Shown here one piece after another: positions 25,401 to 36,646 of a stretch of DNA of 64,000 nucleotides. The stretch is from Hamiltosporidium tvaerminnensis FI-OER-3-3. Lineage: Eukaryota > Fungi > Microsporidia. Each line of letters opens with the position of its first letter. Position 1 is the first letter of the stretch. The translations under genes were made by a program, and so were the position numbers. The stretch covers positions 1,798,001 through 1,862,000 of the forward strand of contig CM061246.1 in the NCBI GenBank assembly GCA_022605425.2. The letters are read 5' to 3'. The notes under the pieces were generated by a model. The model had not been told where the DNA came from, searched no databases, and saw only the letters and a program-made list of their open reading frames with translations.

Positions 25401-25770
25401 AAATATTAGAAATAATACTTAAATTTTATATTTTAAAAAATTAATTGTTTAATGTATGATATTAACACAGTTCTAGGTTTAACATAAATAACTACTTTCT
25501 ATTCTATAGATACTTCTATAAGATACTTCTATAGGATATTCTTAAATCTCTAAGTCTTTTATATAAAGGGTTATATATTTAATTTATAAGTTAATTTATG
25601 AGTTGGTAAATATATATTACTAAGCATGTTATTTTAAAAAGAAATACTTCTTTAATTCATTTAATAATTCTGAATATAAACTATATATTTAATGTCTTAT
25701 ATAAACTATATATTTACTATAAACTATACTTTTAATTCATTTAATATCTTTAATATATTTAATATCCTTA

Positions 25771-26490
25771 AAATTTTTATTTAAAAATATCACATCTTTT
25801 TAAAAAGGTGGCAAGTTTTATAGTTGTTTTTATAACATTAACGCAGTTCTAGGTTTAACATAAATAACTATTGTTTAACACTTCATCAGTACTTCTTTGA
25901 TACCTATGTATCTTAAATTTTCATCTACCAGGTGTGTAGAACCTAATTAATAGGCGAGGCAGTTGCCCGGAGCTCGTTAATGTCCGTTGCATGGAGTGTG
26001 ATCGAAGCTCCGGGCTCCCCCAAGACTATGCAGCATTCCCACTTACACTACACTTTCTGAACCCCATAAACTTCTAGCTAAGATATATTTCAGAGACTTA
26101 CATGGTGTCCACCTAGACAGTGCAATGTCATACCAACAGTTATAACCTGCTACTTAGCGTTCCTGGCTTTAAATGGTTTATATTTTTATATCTCCCAGGC
26201 GCTAAGTCTTCTAACCCGAGTGAGCAAGACTAGGTTTCCATGCTTTTAAATGGCAATTACCTACATGTTAAGCTGCGGTCTGCAATCTGGTTACATAAAA
26301 AACAACAAATAAATTTGTAGAAAAAGTTTCTCCATTTCTTAGACCTCTTCTCCTCCTAATAACTCCCAAGGAACAACCGAAGATGTAGTGTGGTTGTATT
26401 CCCACCAAAAATCCAAACAATGATCTTCACACCAGTTTCACACACTCATTGCCAAGCAGAAAGTTTTTTAAGTGGTTATCCTCCCTCAAA
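25771..26490 (+). repeat. Family A copy 2, flanked by a 14-bp direct repeat
   Basis: Homologous to copies 1 and 3; TTTAATATCCTTAA at 25758-25771 and 26492-26505. A short orphan piece of the left end lies at ~25445-25495. Confidence 0.95.
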
Positions 26491-26871
26491 TTTTAATATC
26501 CTTAATATATTTAATTCCTTTAATTATTTTGAATTTAAATCGTATTTAATATCAGAAGTATTCCTATTTATTCTAAACAATATAAATCGTAATAAATTAT
26601 TATTTATGAGATATTTTGTTGACTTACATGTGGTTTGATTGGATAATACAATGTTATACTGATTAGAAAGAGCTTATACTAATAATTATTAATTGTTTAA
26701 AAGAGTGTTTTTTATATTTTTTTTATACTAATTACTATTATAATAAGAATAAGTAAACAATATTTTAAATTTTTTACATGTCAATTGAATTACAAAATAA
26801 TATTTTATTACTGTTTAATTAGAAAATAATATTTTATTACAATTTACTTAGAAAATAATTTTATTCTATAA

Positions 26872-28560
26872 GATTCTGAGTTTAAATGTTTTACCATTTT
26901 TATATGTTTTTTTCTACCTCTTTAACCACTTCTGTCTCTTCTTCCAAATCTGACTCTTCATTTATGTTATTGGTCGGTTCCTCTAATTGGTTCCTCCTTG
27001 TGAAATAAGAAGTATATTATTTTTTGGTTTATAATTTTTTGCACCATCATCCTCTCTCTTCTCTTCTTTTAAAGGGGGTATTGGTTCCTCATGCATCTCT
27101 GATCTCATAATAACATTTGATGAAGCTCTCTCCCAGCTCTCTTCGGCATTGAGTCCTGACTCAAGTCCTCTTCGTCGATCAAAGTAAATTGTTTCGACTG
27201 TCTTCTAAAATACTATAGACTAAATGTATGCCTCTACATTCATGGGTATTTCTAGTCGTTTAAGATGAGATTTATGGTATTTTGTCACAATACCGTCCCA
27301 GGTCATCACATAAGGGATTATCTCAACACTACACTTATAAATAAGACCCAACTCATTGGCTAGCAGGTCATACTTCCTAAGTTTTTCAGTTTCAACTATT
27401 TGAAGTGAATCTTGGGAAGTGATTCCTACTTCAATGAGTGTTATCTTATTCTTCTTCTTATCTAAAATAAATATGTCCGGTCTGTTATTCCGAATTTTAA
27501 CATCAGTTTTAATTCTGGTGTCCACTCTTATCTCTGCATACTCATTATCAAGAATTTCTTGAACTGAGTGACTCCTAATTCGTTTTGAAGACTTAAACTT
27601 ATATCTATTTAAGAGAAGTAAGTGTAGGCATCTAACCACTTCATTATGCCGTCTGGTGTAGTCACGGCCTAGCATTTTTTCACATCGAGTTGCTAGATGA
27701 TCTACAGTCTTACCAGACTTCCCGCAATGTTGATACACACAATCTGCTCCCCAGAATACATTTCTATCCTGGATATAGCAGAACACAGCTTCATTTCGTG
27801 GCCTAATATTTCCTCTCTTTAGCCATCTTGAAGAGTCACTAACACTCACAAGCTCATTTTTTCTTGCATTATATAACTTTGAATGGAGTTTTCGTTTTTC
27901 TATTTCGTTATATAGTTTTGCAAGTTGAGCTTCTTCTAAACTTTTCTTAGTGATTTCTTCTACCAACCTGTACTTTACTTTTAAGAAGCCTTTTATTAGT
28001 GCAAGATGGGTTTTATTATTATTCTCCACCTTGAGGATTGCTGCTCGTCTAGTTGATATTTCTTTACTTTTTTCGAGACAATCCAAGAGTTGCAGAAGCA
28101 TATGTTCGCTTCGCAACTCAACACTATGTAGGCCTCTTCCAAGTTCTGTTCTAGGAAGGTATAAACGCTCTTTACATCCTGGGCGGCGATGTATCTTATT
28201 CTTCACCAACACCGCACGCACTGCATCATCTAACTTAGAGAAGTCAGCCAGTTCAAGTCGAAGTACTCCTATGTGATAGTTGATTAAAGATATCGCATGT
28301 TGATTGATTGCAGAAAATAAATTTTTTGCGTTTAATCTAGTGTGACAAAGTCTTTCAAATCTTGCTATCAGTTTGCTCTGTACTTCTTCAAATGAGCTAC
28401 GTGTTGGAATTCCTCTGCTATCTTCTATTATTCCTAAATATTCATAAACACTAACACCTTCTAAAAGAGTAGCAGTATCTTCACAACACTTATCATTTGT
28501 GGCTGACTTCTCTTTGTTAGTCTCTAACCCAATCACCTTTAAAAATACCTTTGTCTCGAC
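26872..28560 (-). mobile_element. 5'-truncated R4/Dong-like non-LTR retrotransposon (RT C-end + RLE endonuclease), inactivated
   Basis: YEYLG, LYLPR..GRGL, CCHC knuckle (first Cys mutated), RHNEVV, RPDI, IEVG, EKLRKY; premature stop at 27220 and a later frameshift; shares its 3' terminus with the other copies. Confidence 0.92.
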
Positions 28561-30142
28561 TTCTATTTTCAATAATTATATCCGAATAAAATATTCCTAA
28601 GCTTTCTAGCCCTTTTATTTTTAAAATATCTCTTAGAAAATCAGATTTCATCACTGACAAATAAATTTCAATGGATTTTATATTTTCTTCTAAAATAGTA
28701 TTTTCAGTTGTGAAAAATTGTTTATCATTTAATTCTTTTAAAGTAATTGAAATATTATTGAAACACCCTTTATACACATTAAAACACTTGAATGGCAAAT
28801 CATGATTTTTGAATTGAAAACATTCAGTGATTTTAACTTTGTCTCTAAATTCTACTTCCTTAAGTAACTTTAAATAGAAATCTTTAGTTTCTTTTGGTAT
28901 TTTTTGCATTTTTTTTGATGGATTCTTCGATGGAATGTTGTTGGTATGTGTCCTTCTGAGTTTTTATCAATACTCTGCTAGGTTAAGATTTTCAAATTCT
29001 TTTATTTCATGAACCGCATTTCTTTTTTCATGATTACTATTTTCCTAAAATATAAATTCGTTAATTTCGGCTAAATACTTGTCGAAAATCTGACTTGTGA
29101 CAACTTTAGATTTTATAAAAACATTTTTTTTTTAATTTTACAAAATTTAAATTTGCATTTAAAGAACAAAATGCATTATCAGATATGTAACACATATGAA
29201 ATAAAACTTCATCAATCATCTTTTTTAGACTTTCTAAGATAAAACAAAAACTCTTCGAATGTGTTTCCTGTAATTTGTGTATTTGCAAATACTTTATATC
29301 TAATGGGTTTTGAAACACTACAAATAAACCTTTGCTTTTATGATTCAGAACCAATTACTATAAAAAAATGAATCAAATTTGTCATTAATTAGTAAAGTAT
29401 GCTTTCTATCTTTTGTAAACAATCCTTTATATTCATCGTATATATAAGATTCATTTTCTTTTGAAGAAAACGAAAATCTTGAATTCTTTTTAATATTCAG
29501 TAGTTTTAAAAATTCTTGTGATATTTTTTTGTATAAATCATGTGAAAAATAGTCTTGCTTTGCAAAATAAAACGATACCTTTTCAAATCTAAATTATTCA
29601 TTTTATTAGATTCCATTAAAGAATACCAAATATTTCTTATCGAATTCCTCAATTTATTATCATAGTCAACTCTTAAATATTCTAAAAAGTACGATATTGT
29701 GTAAAACGTCTCAATTGTCATTTTATGTACCGGTAAATAATATGAAATTATAAACTCATAGAATATTAAAAAATCAGACTTCTTTATATGATAACAGAGA
29801 TATATTTCTATATTATTGTTCATTTTGTTAAAATTTCAAATAAATCAAACTTGAGATCCATTCTTTCAATAAATTCTATATAATACTGTTCATATTGCCT
29901 ATTTTCATCTTTGTCAAATCTTTTTTCTAAACAACTTTGTTCGTAATTTTCATTGATCTCATCTTGTTTGATTTGACATAGACATTCGGGCTTGAGTTAT
30001 TATTAATGGAATCCATGCTAGACTCTTCATTTTCATTCACAACATAAAATATAATATCTCTTTCAATCGAATAATAGATAAACACAAAAATAAGTGGTTT
30101 GTATAATGACGTTATGAGATGGAAGTACAGATTAAATTTCAT
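28561..30142 (-). pseudogene. Frameshifted paralog of the 777-aa secreted LRR-like gene, truncated by the retrotransposon
   Basis: ORF fragments 29927-30142, 29506-29823, 29106-29354 and 28517-28909 align in order with 55275-57608 (MKFNL.FHLIT.LYKPLIFVFI; NNNIEIY.C.HIKKSDFLIFYEFIISYY; FFTTENTILEENIK). Confidence 0.92.
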
Positions 30143-31059
30143 AAATTTTAGAAAAAAAATCTGTATTTTATAATTTTAAAGTCAAGTTACTTTTTTTTTT
30201 AGTTAAAAAAATTCTAATAGTCTTTCAAAATGAATGAATCCATTAATCATAATTTATAAAAATTCTATAAAATATTGTAGAATAAAAAAAACTTGAAAAG
30301 CTAGTATAAACAACTGTTATAATTTCCAAATATCAAATTAAATTAAATACGACTACATTTTTTGAAAATATAAAAATATTTCTTTTTATGTCCGATTATT
30401 CTTTGTAATTTAAAGAAAAAATTGACAGTACTTTACATTTTAGTTCAGTTTTATATTACATATTACTTAAACTTTAGATTCTTTTACCTCCTAGAATTTC
30501 TCTCAATAAAAAATACAAAATTAGATTATTCTTAGAATCAGAATGATATTTCATTGATTGACGGTTATTTTTTTTGCTTGTGTACTTTATTACAAATAAT
30601 ATTTCTGTAAAAAGTAAATTAAACAGTTATTGAAATGTAAGAATATACACCGTAGAGCCTAGGTGTAATTATGGAAAAGTTTAGAACAATATCAATAAAA
30701 AATAAATTTAAAATGACATTCAGGCGACCAAATATGCTATCACAGTCATATACTTAATAAAAGAAATCTTATGAAAACATTAGTAATTTGATTCACGGTC
30801 TAAAGTGCACACTCATGTCCATAATGTACCCCGTTATTTCCTATATATTTTTAATTATGATAACACCCTTTATTTTATTAAAACTTATGTTTTTTGTATT
30901 ATATTTCCTATCCTATAATTTACCGGGTTTTTTTCGTATTTATCCCACCATATATTGCACCTAAGTAATTTCCCATATTTTTAAAGTCGGTTTATAGGCC
31001 TTGAATCTAAACCATTATCATGCAATATATATATAAACTTAGGATTAAACTGTGAAAAG

Positions 31060-31460
31060 ACTTTCTTTTGCACTCATAAGAAAAAAATGCGAAAAACAAT
31101 CTTTGACTTCATTATCCGAGCTATAGCTTCGTAAATTTTCTATAAAACTTTCTTTTCTACCTGGTTTGTTTCTCGTATATTTTTTTTGTTTTCCATTTCC
31201 AAATTATTACCCGCTTTTGAGTGTTTCCCAATAAAAATTAAGGTTTTTTTGACCTTCGTAGTTTTCTTTTTCTTTTATTGTTACTTTAAATTTCAGAGCT
31301 TCGGCTGGTATTTTATGGTTAATCTGTTCTATTCCTCCTACCTTTATTCACTATCTTCTTGTTGACGAAGAAATTTATTCTTATGAAGTATTTGCTTTAT
31401 CTGAAAAAACTGTTCCTTATAACGATATGCTGTATTTGTTAATTTATTAATGTACAAATT
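31060..31460 (-). repeat. Dispersed repeat family B, copy 2
   Basis: Reverse complement is collinear with 14160-14560. Confidence 0.7.
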
Positions 31461-31721
31461 CTGACTCATTTCTATTAAAATTCTTTTAATTTAATCAAGT
31501 ATAAAGTTACACGAAGCTATTCAGGCAAAAATTGTTTTATGCAATTATTATTGAGAATGTAAATAAATTACCAGAAGAATGAAAAAATCATCAAGTTTTC
31601 ATACAATTTTAAGTAACTGTAAATTCGTTTATAAAATATCTCAAGAAAGTAATTTAATTTTTTTAAAAAATGAAAACTTTATGCAAATTAAAAAAACAAA
31701 TTTATTATATTAGACTTGATT

Positions 31722-32439
31722 TGTGGAGGGGGGATAACCACTTAAAAAACTTTTGCTTAGCAATGAGTGTGTGTAACTTGTGAGAATCATTGTTTGGTGG
31801 GAAAAAATCACACTACATCTTCGGTTGTTCCATCAGAGTTTGTACATGAAGAGAGTTCTAAGAAATAAGGAAACCTTTTCTGCAAATATATTTGTAGTTT
31901 TTTATGTAACTGGATTGCATACCGCGGCTGAATATTTAGGTAATTGCCATGTAAAATCATAGAAACCTAGTCTTGCTCACTCGGATTAGAAGACTTAGCG
32001 CCTGGGAGAAATAAAAATAAAAACATTAAAAGCCATGAGAGCTAAGTAGCAGGTTATACCTGTTGGTATGACATTCACTGTCAAGGTGGGTTTTATGTAA
32101 GTCTATGAAGTGTATCTTAGCTAGAAGTTTATTGGGTTGAAGAAGTGTAGAGTAAGTGGGAATGCTGCATAGTCTTGGGAGAGCCCAGGGGGGATTTGGC
32201 CTTCGATCACACTCCATGCAACGGACATTAACGAACTCCGGGCAACTGCCTCGCCTATTAATTTGCTTCTACATACCTGGTAGATGAAAGGCTTTGGGAT
32301 GTAGGTATCGCAGGGGTTACCGATGGAGTGTTAATATAGCAGTTATTTATATTAAACCTAGAACTGTGTAAATATCATGAAAACAAATATAACACTTGCC
32401 ACTATTTTAAAAAAGATGTGATACTTTTAAATAAATTTT
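31722..32439 (-). repeat. Family A copy 3 (inverted relative to copies 1 and 2)
   Basis: Reverse complement matches copies 1 and 2 end to end. Confidence 0.95.
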
Positions 32440-33035
32440 CAAGTAATTTATCTCTTTATTAAAATAGATATTTAAATACAGAAAATAAAAGGATTGGTTT
32501 TTATTTTTAATTGAAATCTAAATAATGATTTTTATTAATAAGATCGTTTTTGATGTGAGTATTCTTGTTTTATTCTTATAATTTTAAATTACATTTTTTT
32601 TCTTTTATTTTGTATTTCGATAAAAATATTTGTGATTTTAAAATTTTATTTTAAAATTTTATTTTAAAATGAATTTTAAAATGAATTTTGATATTTCTTT
32701 TAACTATTCTTAAGTATAAAATTGTATGAAGGAATTCCTTACACCAGTATGTCTCTTTAAAATATATTATTTTAAAAATTGTAATTTTAATATTTGATTT
32801 TAATAGTTTTAAATATAAGATTCATTAAAATTATTTCTTATGTCTCTTAAAAATATATAATTTAAAAAATCGTAATTCTAATATTCTTAAATATAGATTC
32901 ATTACAAAATATTTCTTATGTCTCTTAAAATCGTAATTTCATTGTACCAACAAAATTAAAAAAATAGTAATTTTTAAAACAAGTAAATTCAAAAAAAAAG
33001 AATAATAGTTTTTAATTTATTTATGGGTTAACCGT

Positions 33036-33608
33036 ATGTCAGAGACATTACCATATTATTGTCACGAATGTGGTACAACAGTACAAATAGATGATAACTT
33101 TGAATGTATAGAATGTGGAGGCAGATTTGTAGAAATATACGATGAAAACGAACATACCGACTATAACATGTACATAGATTCATTTGAAAGTATACGTCAA
33201 CTAACTGATGAACTTCATGAGGTGCCACAACCAGGTTCAAATTTTTTTGCTGCATTTGAGGAACGACTGAGGTCTCTTTTAAATAATAGACGTGGTAGTT
33301 CTAGTAGTATAGCGTCTGATAGAAGAAACTATGCTATTGGACCCGAATTGGATAATATAATTGCTTTTCTGTTGGAAACAGAGGGTAGAAATACTTCTTT
33401 ACAACCAGCTAATGAAGATTTTATTAAGAAAATTCAAATTTTACAGTCTAAAAGTAATGGTGAGTGTTCTATATGTCTTAATCGGTATAATGAAAAAGAT
33501 TGGGGTGTTTATTTTAAATGTGGACATTTTTTCCATCAGGAATGTGCATTTGGATGGATGAAAGTGCATAATACTTGTCCTAATTGTAGAACTAAAGTAG
33601 ATAATTAA
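33036..33608 (+). CDS. RING-H2 E3 ubiquitin ligase with N-terminal zinc ribbon (RNF126/RNF115-like)
   Basis: YYCHEC...CIECGGRFVE zinc ribbon; NYAIGPELDNII resembles DYAWG..LD.II; RING-H2 CSIC...CGHFFHQEC...W...CPNCR; GGG upstream of ATG. Confidence 0.92.
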   Translation: MSETLPYYCHECGTTVQIDDNFECIECGGRFVEIYDENEHTDYNMYIDSFESIRQLTDELHEVPQPGSNFFAAFEERLRSLLNNRRGSSSSIASDRRNYAIGPELDNIIAFLLETEGRNTSLQPANEDFIKKIQILQSKSNGECSICLNRYNEKDWGVYFKCGHFFHQECAFGWMKVHNTCPNCRTKVDN

Positions 33609-33856
33609 ATTTTTAAGAAATATATATAAATTGAAATAGTTTTCTAAGTTTTTCATTTACTGTTCCTTTGTAGAACTAAAGTAGATAATTAAATTTTTAA
33701 GAAATATTTTGTAAAGTTACTTCTCTTTTCTAATTATAGAAGTAAAGTAAATAATTATATTATAAAAAAATATTTTGTAAGTGTACTGTTTAATTGTCCT
33801 TATTGTAGAAGTAAAGTAAATAATTAAATTATAAAGAAATATTTATAAATTGAAAT
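33576..33856 (+). repeat. Four tandem copies of the RING gene's last codons, stop and 3' flank
   Basis: TGTAGAACTAAAGTAGATAATTAAATTTTTAAGAAATAT at ~33585 and ~33669; diverged copies at ~33735 and ~33804. Confidence 0.85.
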
Positions 33857-34189
33857 CTTTTTTTTAATGAATAGTTAGTTACTCAATGGCATTACAACTG
33901 ATTAAGTTTTTAGTCTCATATATTGTAAACTTTTTTGGAAATGTAAATTATATTAAAAGATAATTTTTTAAATATATTCGAATCTAAAATTGTAAAATAA
34001 AAAACTTTAAAATTGAAAAGAAATGTCTTTTTAAATCAGAATTTTATGTATAAACTTGTTTTTTACTCATAAAATATTGAATACAAAAATATTTACCGCT
34101 ATCTATTATATGCTTGGACTGTTCTTATAATATAAACTTTCCTTTTAAAAATATTATTATTTCTACATCAAGAAACTTACGAATCTTCA

Positions 34190-36559
34190 TAAGTATCTTT
34201 ATTGTATTATGAAAGTCTTTTGTTTAAAAGGAACGCCTCGGGCCGACTGGTTTACTGTAAGTCATCTTATCTGATAGTAAAAGTACACCACTGAGTGGTT
34301 CTGACTGTAGATAATAACCTGAATGTCAAGCCTGTACTAGCTTACGACTAAGTGTGTAACGAAAGTCGTTCAACTTGAAGTGGAAAAGCGAGTGTTGCTT
34401 ATGGAAACCAGTTGGGAGCAGTTAGAGGTGTGCAGGGAGCGAAAGAGCAAGCTCTACTGAATATTGCCCTAAATAAAGAGTACGGAAACAATCTTAAGGC
34501 AACATGAATTGACGTTAAAAAAGCTTATGATTCAATTGACCATTCTTATTTAACTAAATGCATTGAAAACCTTAATTTACCTGATTGGATCCTATAATTT
34601 ATCAAGGTAATTATATCAATATGAAATTTATATATCAGTAGGGCCTGAAAAAATCATGAGCAAGAATATTGAGAGAGGGATTCTGCAAGGAGATAGTTTG
34701 TCACCATTTTTGTTTGTGTTGTATATGGATCTATTAAGCCGAAAGCTTAATGAAAAATACACAAAAGTGACAGTACAAACAGATGTAGAATCCCATTCTA
34801 CTAATCCTCTCTTGTTTATTGATAATCTAAAGCTCCTTGCTAAAGACAGTTCGACATGAGTGCTATGACAGACGAGGAAAAGGAATTTTTAAAGGTGATT
34901 GGGTTAGAAATTAACATAGAGAAGTCGGCCACAAATGATACGTGTTGTGAAGATACTGCTACTCTTCTAGAAGGTGTTAGTGTTTATAAATATTTAAGGA
35001 TAATAGAAGATAGCAGAGGAATCCCAACACGTAGCTCATTTAAAGAAGTACAGAGCAAACTTATATCAAGAGTTGAAAGACTTTGTCACACTAGATTAAA
35101 TGCAAAAAATTTATTTTCTGCAATCAATCAACATGCGATATCGTTAATCAACTACCACATAGGAGTACTTCGACTTGAGCCGGCTGACTTCTCTAAGTTA
35201 GATGATGCAGTGCGTGCGGTGTTGGTGAAGAATAAAATACATCTCCGCCCAGGATGTAAAGAGCGTTTATACCTTCCTAGAACAGAACTTGGAATAGGCC
35301 TACATAGTGTTGAGTTGCGAAGCGAACATATGCTTCTGCAACTCTTGGATTGTCTCGAAAAAAGTAAAGAAATATCAACTAGACGAGCAGCAATCCTCAA
35401 GGTGGAGAATAATAATAAAACCCATCTTGCACTAATAAAAGGCTTCTTAAAAGTAAAGTACAGGTTGGTAGAAGAAGTCACTAAGAAAAGTTTAGAAGAA
35501 GCTCAACTTGCAAAACTATATAACGAAATAGAAAAACAAAAACTCCATTCAAAGTTATATAATGCAAGGAAAAATGAGCTTGTGAGTGTTAGTGACTCTT
35601 CTAGATGGTTAAAAAAAGGGAATATTAGGCCACGCAATGAAGCTGTGTGCTGCTATATCCAAGATAGAAATGTATTCTGGTGAGCAGATAGTTTGTAAAC
35701 ATTTTGGAAAGTCTCGTAATACTGTAGATCATCTAGCAACTCGATGTGAAAAAATGCTAGGTCATGACTACACCAGACGGCATAATGAAGTGGTTAGATG
35801 CCTACACTTACTTCTCTTAAATAGATATAAGTTTAAGTCTTCAAAACGAATTAGGAGTCACTCAGTTCAAGAAATTCTTGATAATGAGTATGCAGAGATA
35901 AGAGTGGACACCAGAATTAAAACTGATGTTAAAATTCGGAATAACAGACCCGACATATTTATTTTAGATAAGAAGAAGAATAAGATAACACTCATTGAAG
36001 TAGGAATCACTTCCCAAGATTCACTTCAAATAGTTGAAACTGAAAAACTTAGGAAGTATGACCTGCTAGCCAATGAGTTAGGTCTTATTTATAAGTGTAG
36101 TGTTGAGATAAACCCTTATGTGATGACCTGGGACGGTATTGTGACAAAATACTATAAATCTCCTCTTAAAAGACTAGAAATACCCATGAATGTAGAGGCA
36201 TACATTCAGTCTATAGGACTTAAGAAAACAGTCGAAACAATTTCCTTTGATCGACGAAGAGGACTTGAGTCAGAACTAAATGCCGAAGAGAGCTGGGAGA
36301 GAGCGTCAATGGGTGTTATTATGAGATCAGAGATGCATGAGGAACCAACACCCTTTTTCAAAGAAGAGAAGAGAGAGGAAGATAGTGCAAAAAATTTTAA
36401 ACCCAAAAATAAAGCACCCTTTATTTCACAAGGAGGAACCACTTTAGAGGAACCGACTAATAACATAAATAAAGAGTCGGATTCGGAAGAAGAAACAAAA
36501 TTGGTTAAAGAGGTAGAAGAAAACATATAAAAATGGTAAAAATATTTTAACCCGGAATT
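34190..36559 (+). mobile_element. 5'-truncated R4/Dong-like retrotransposon copy, pseudogenised
   Basis: RT motifs (NQLGAVRGVQGAKEQ, DVKKAYDSIDH, GILQGDSLSP, FIDN) and RLE; several stops and frameshifts; 3' end ATTTTAACCCGGAATT. Confidence 0.93.
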
Positions 36560-36646
36560 ATATGAAGAAAATAAATAAAAACTGTTATATTTTTTCAGTA
36601 ATTAATTTATTAATTACATGAAACCCATATACATTCAACATAAAAA

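Noticed and set aside
25880-25895. CTGATGA hammerhead core on the minus strand of family A copy 2
   Set aside because: Copies 1 and 3 read CTGATGG and CCGATGG, and no correctly placed GAAA or stems were found.
30720-31030. Possible Merlin/ISXO2 transposase remnant on minus (YGGINT, TVNQ)
   Set aside because: Only two or three short degenerate motifs; cannot be supported without a profile search.
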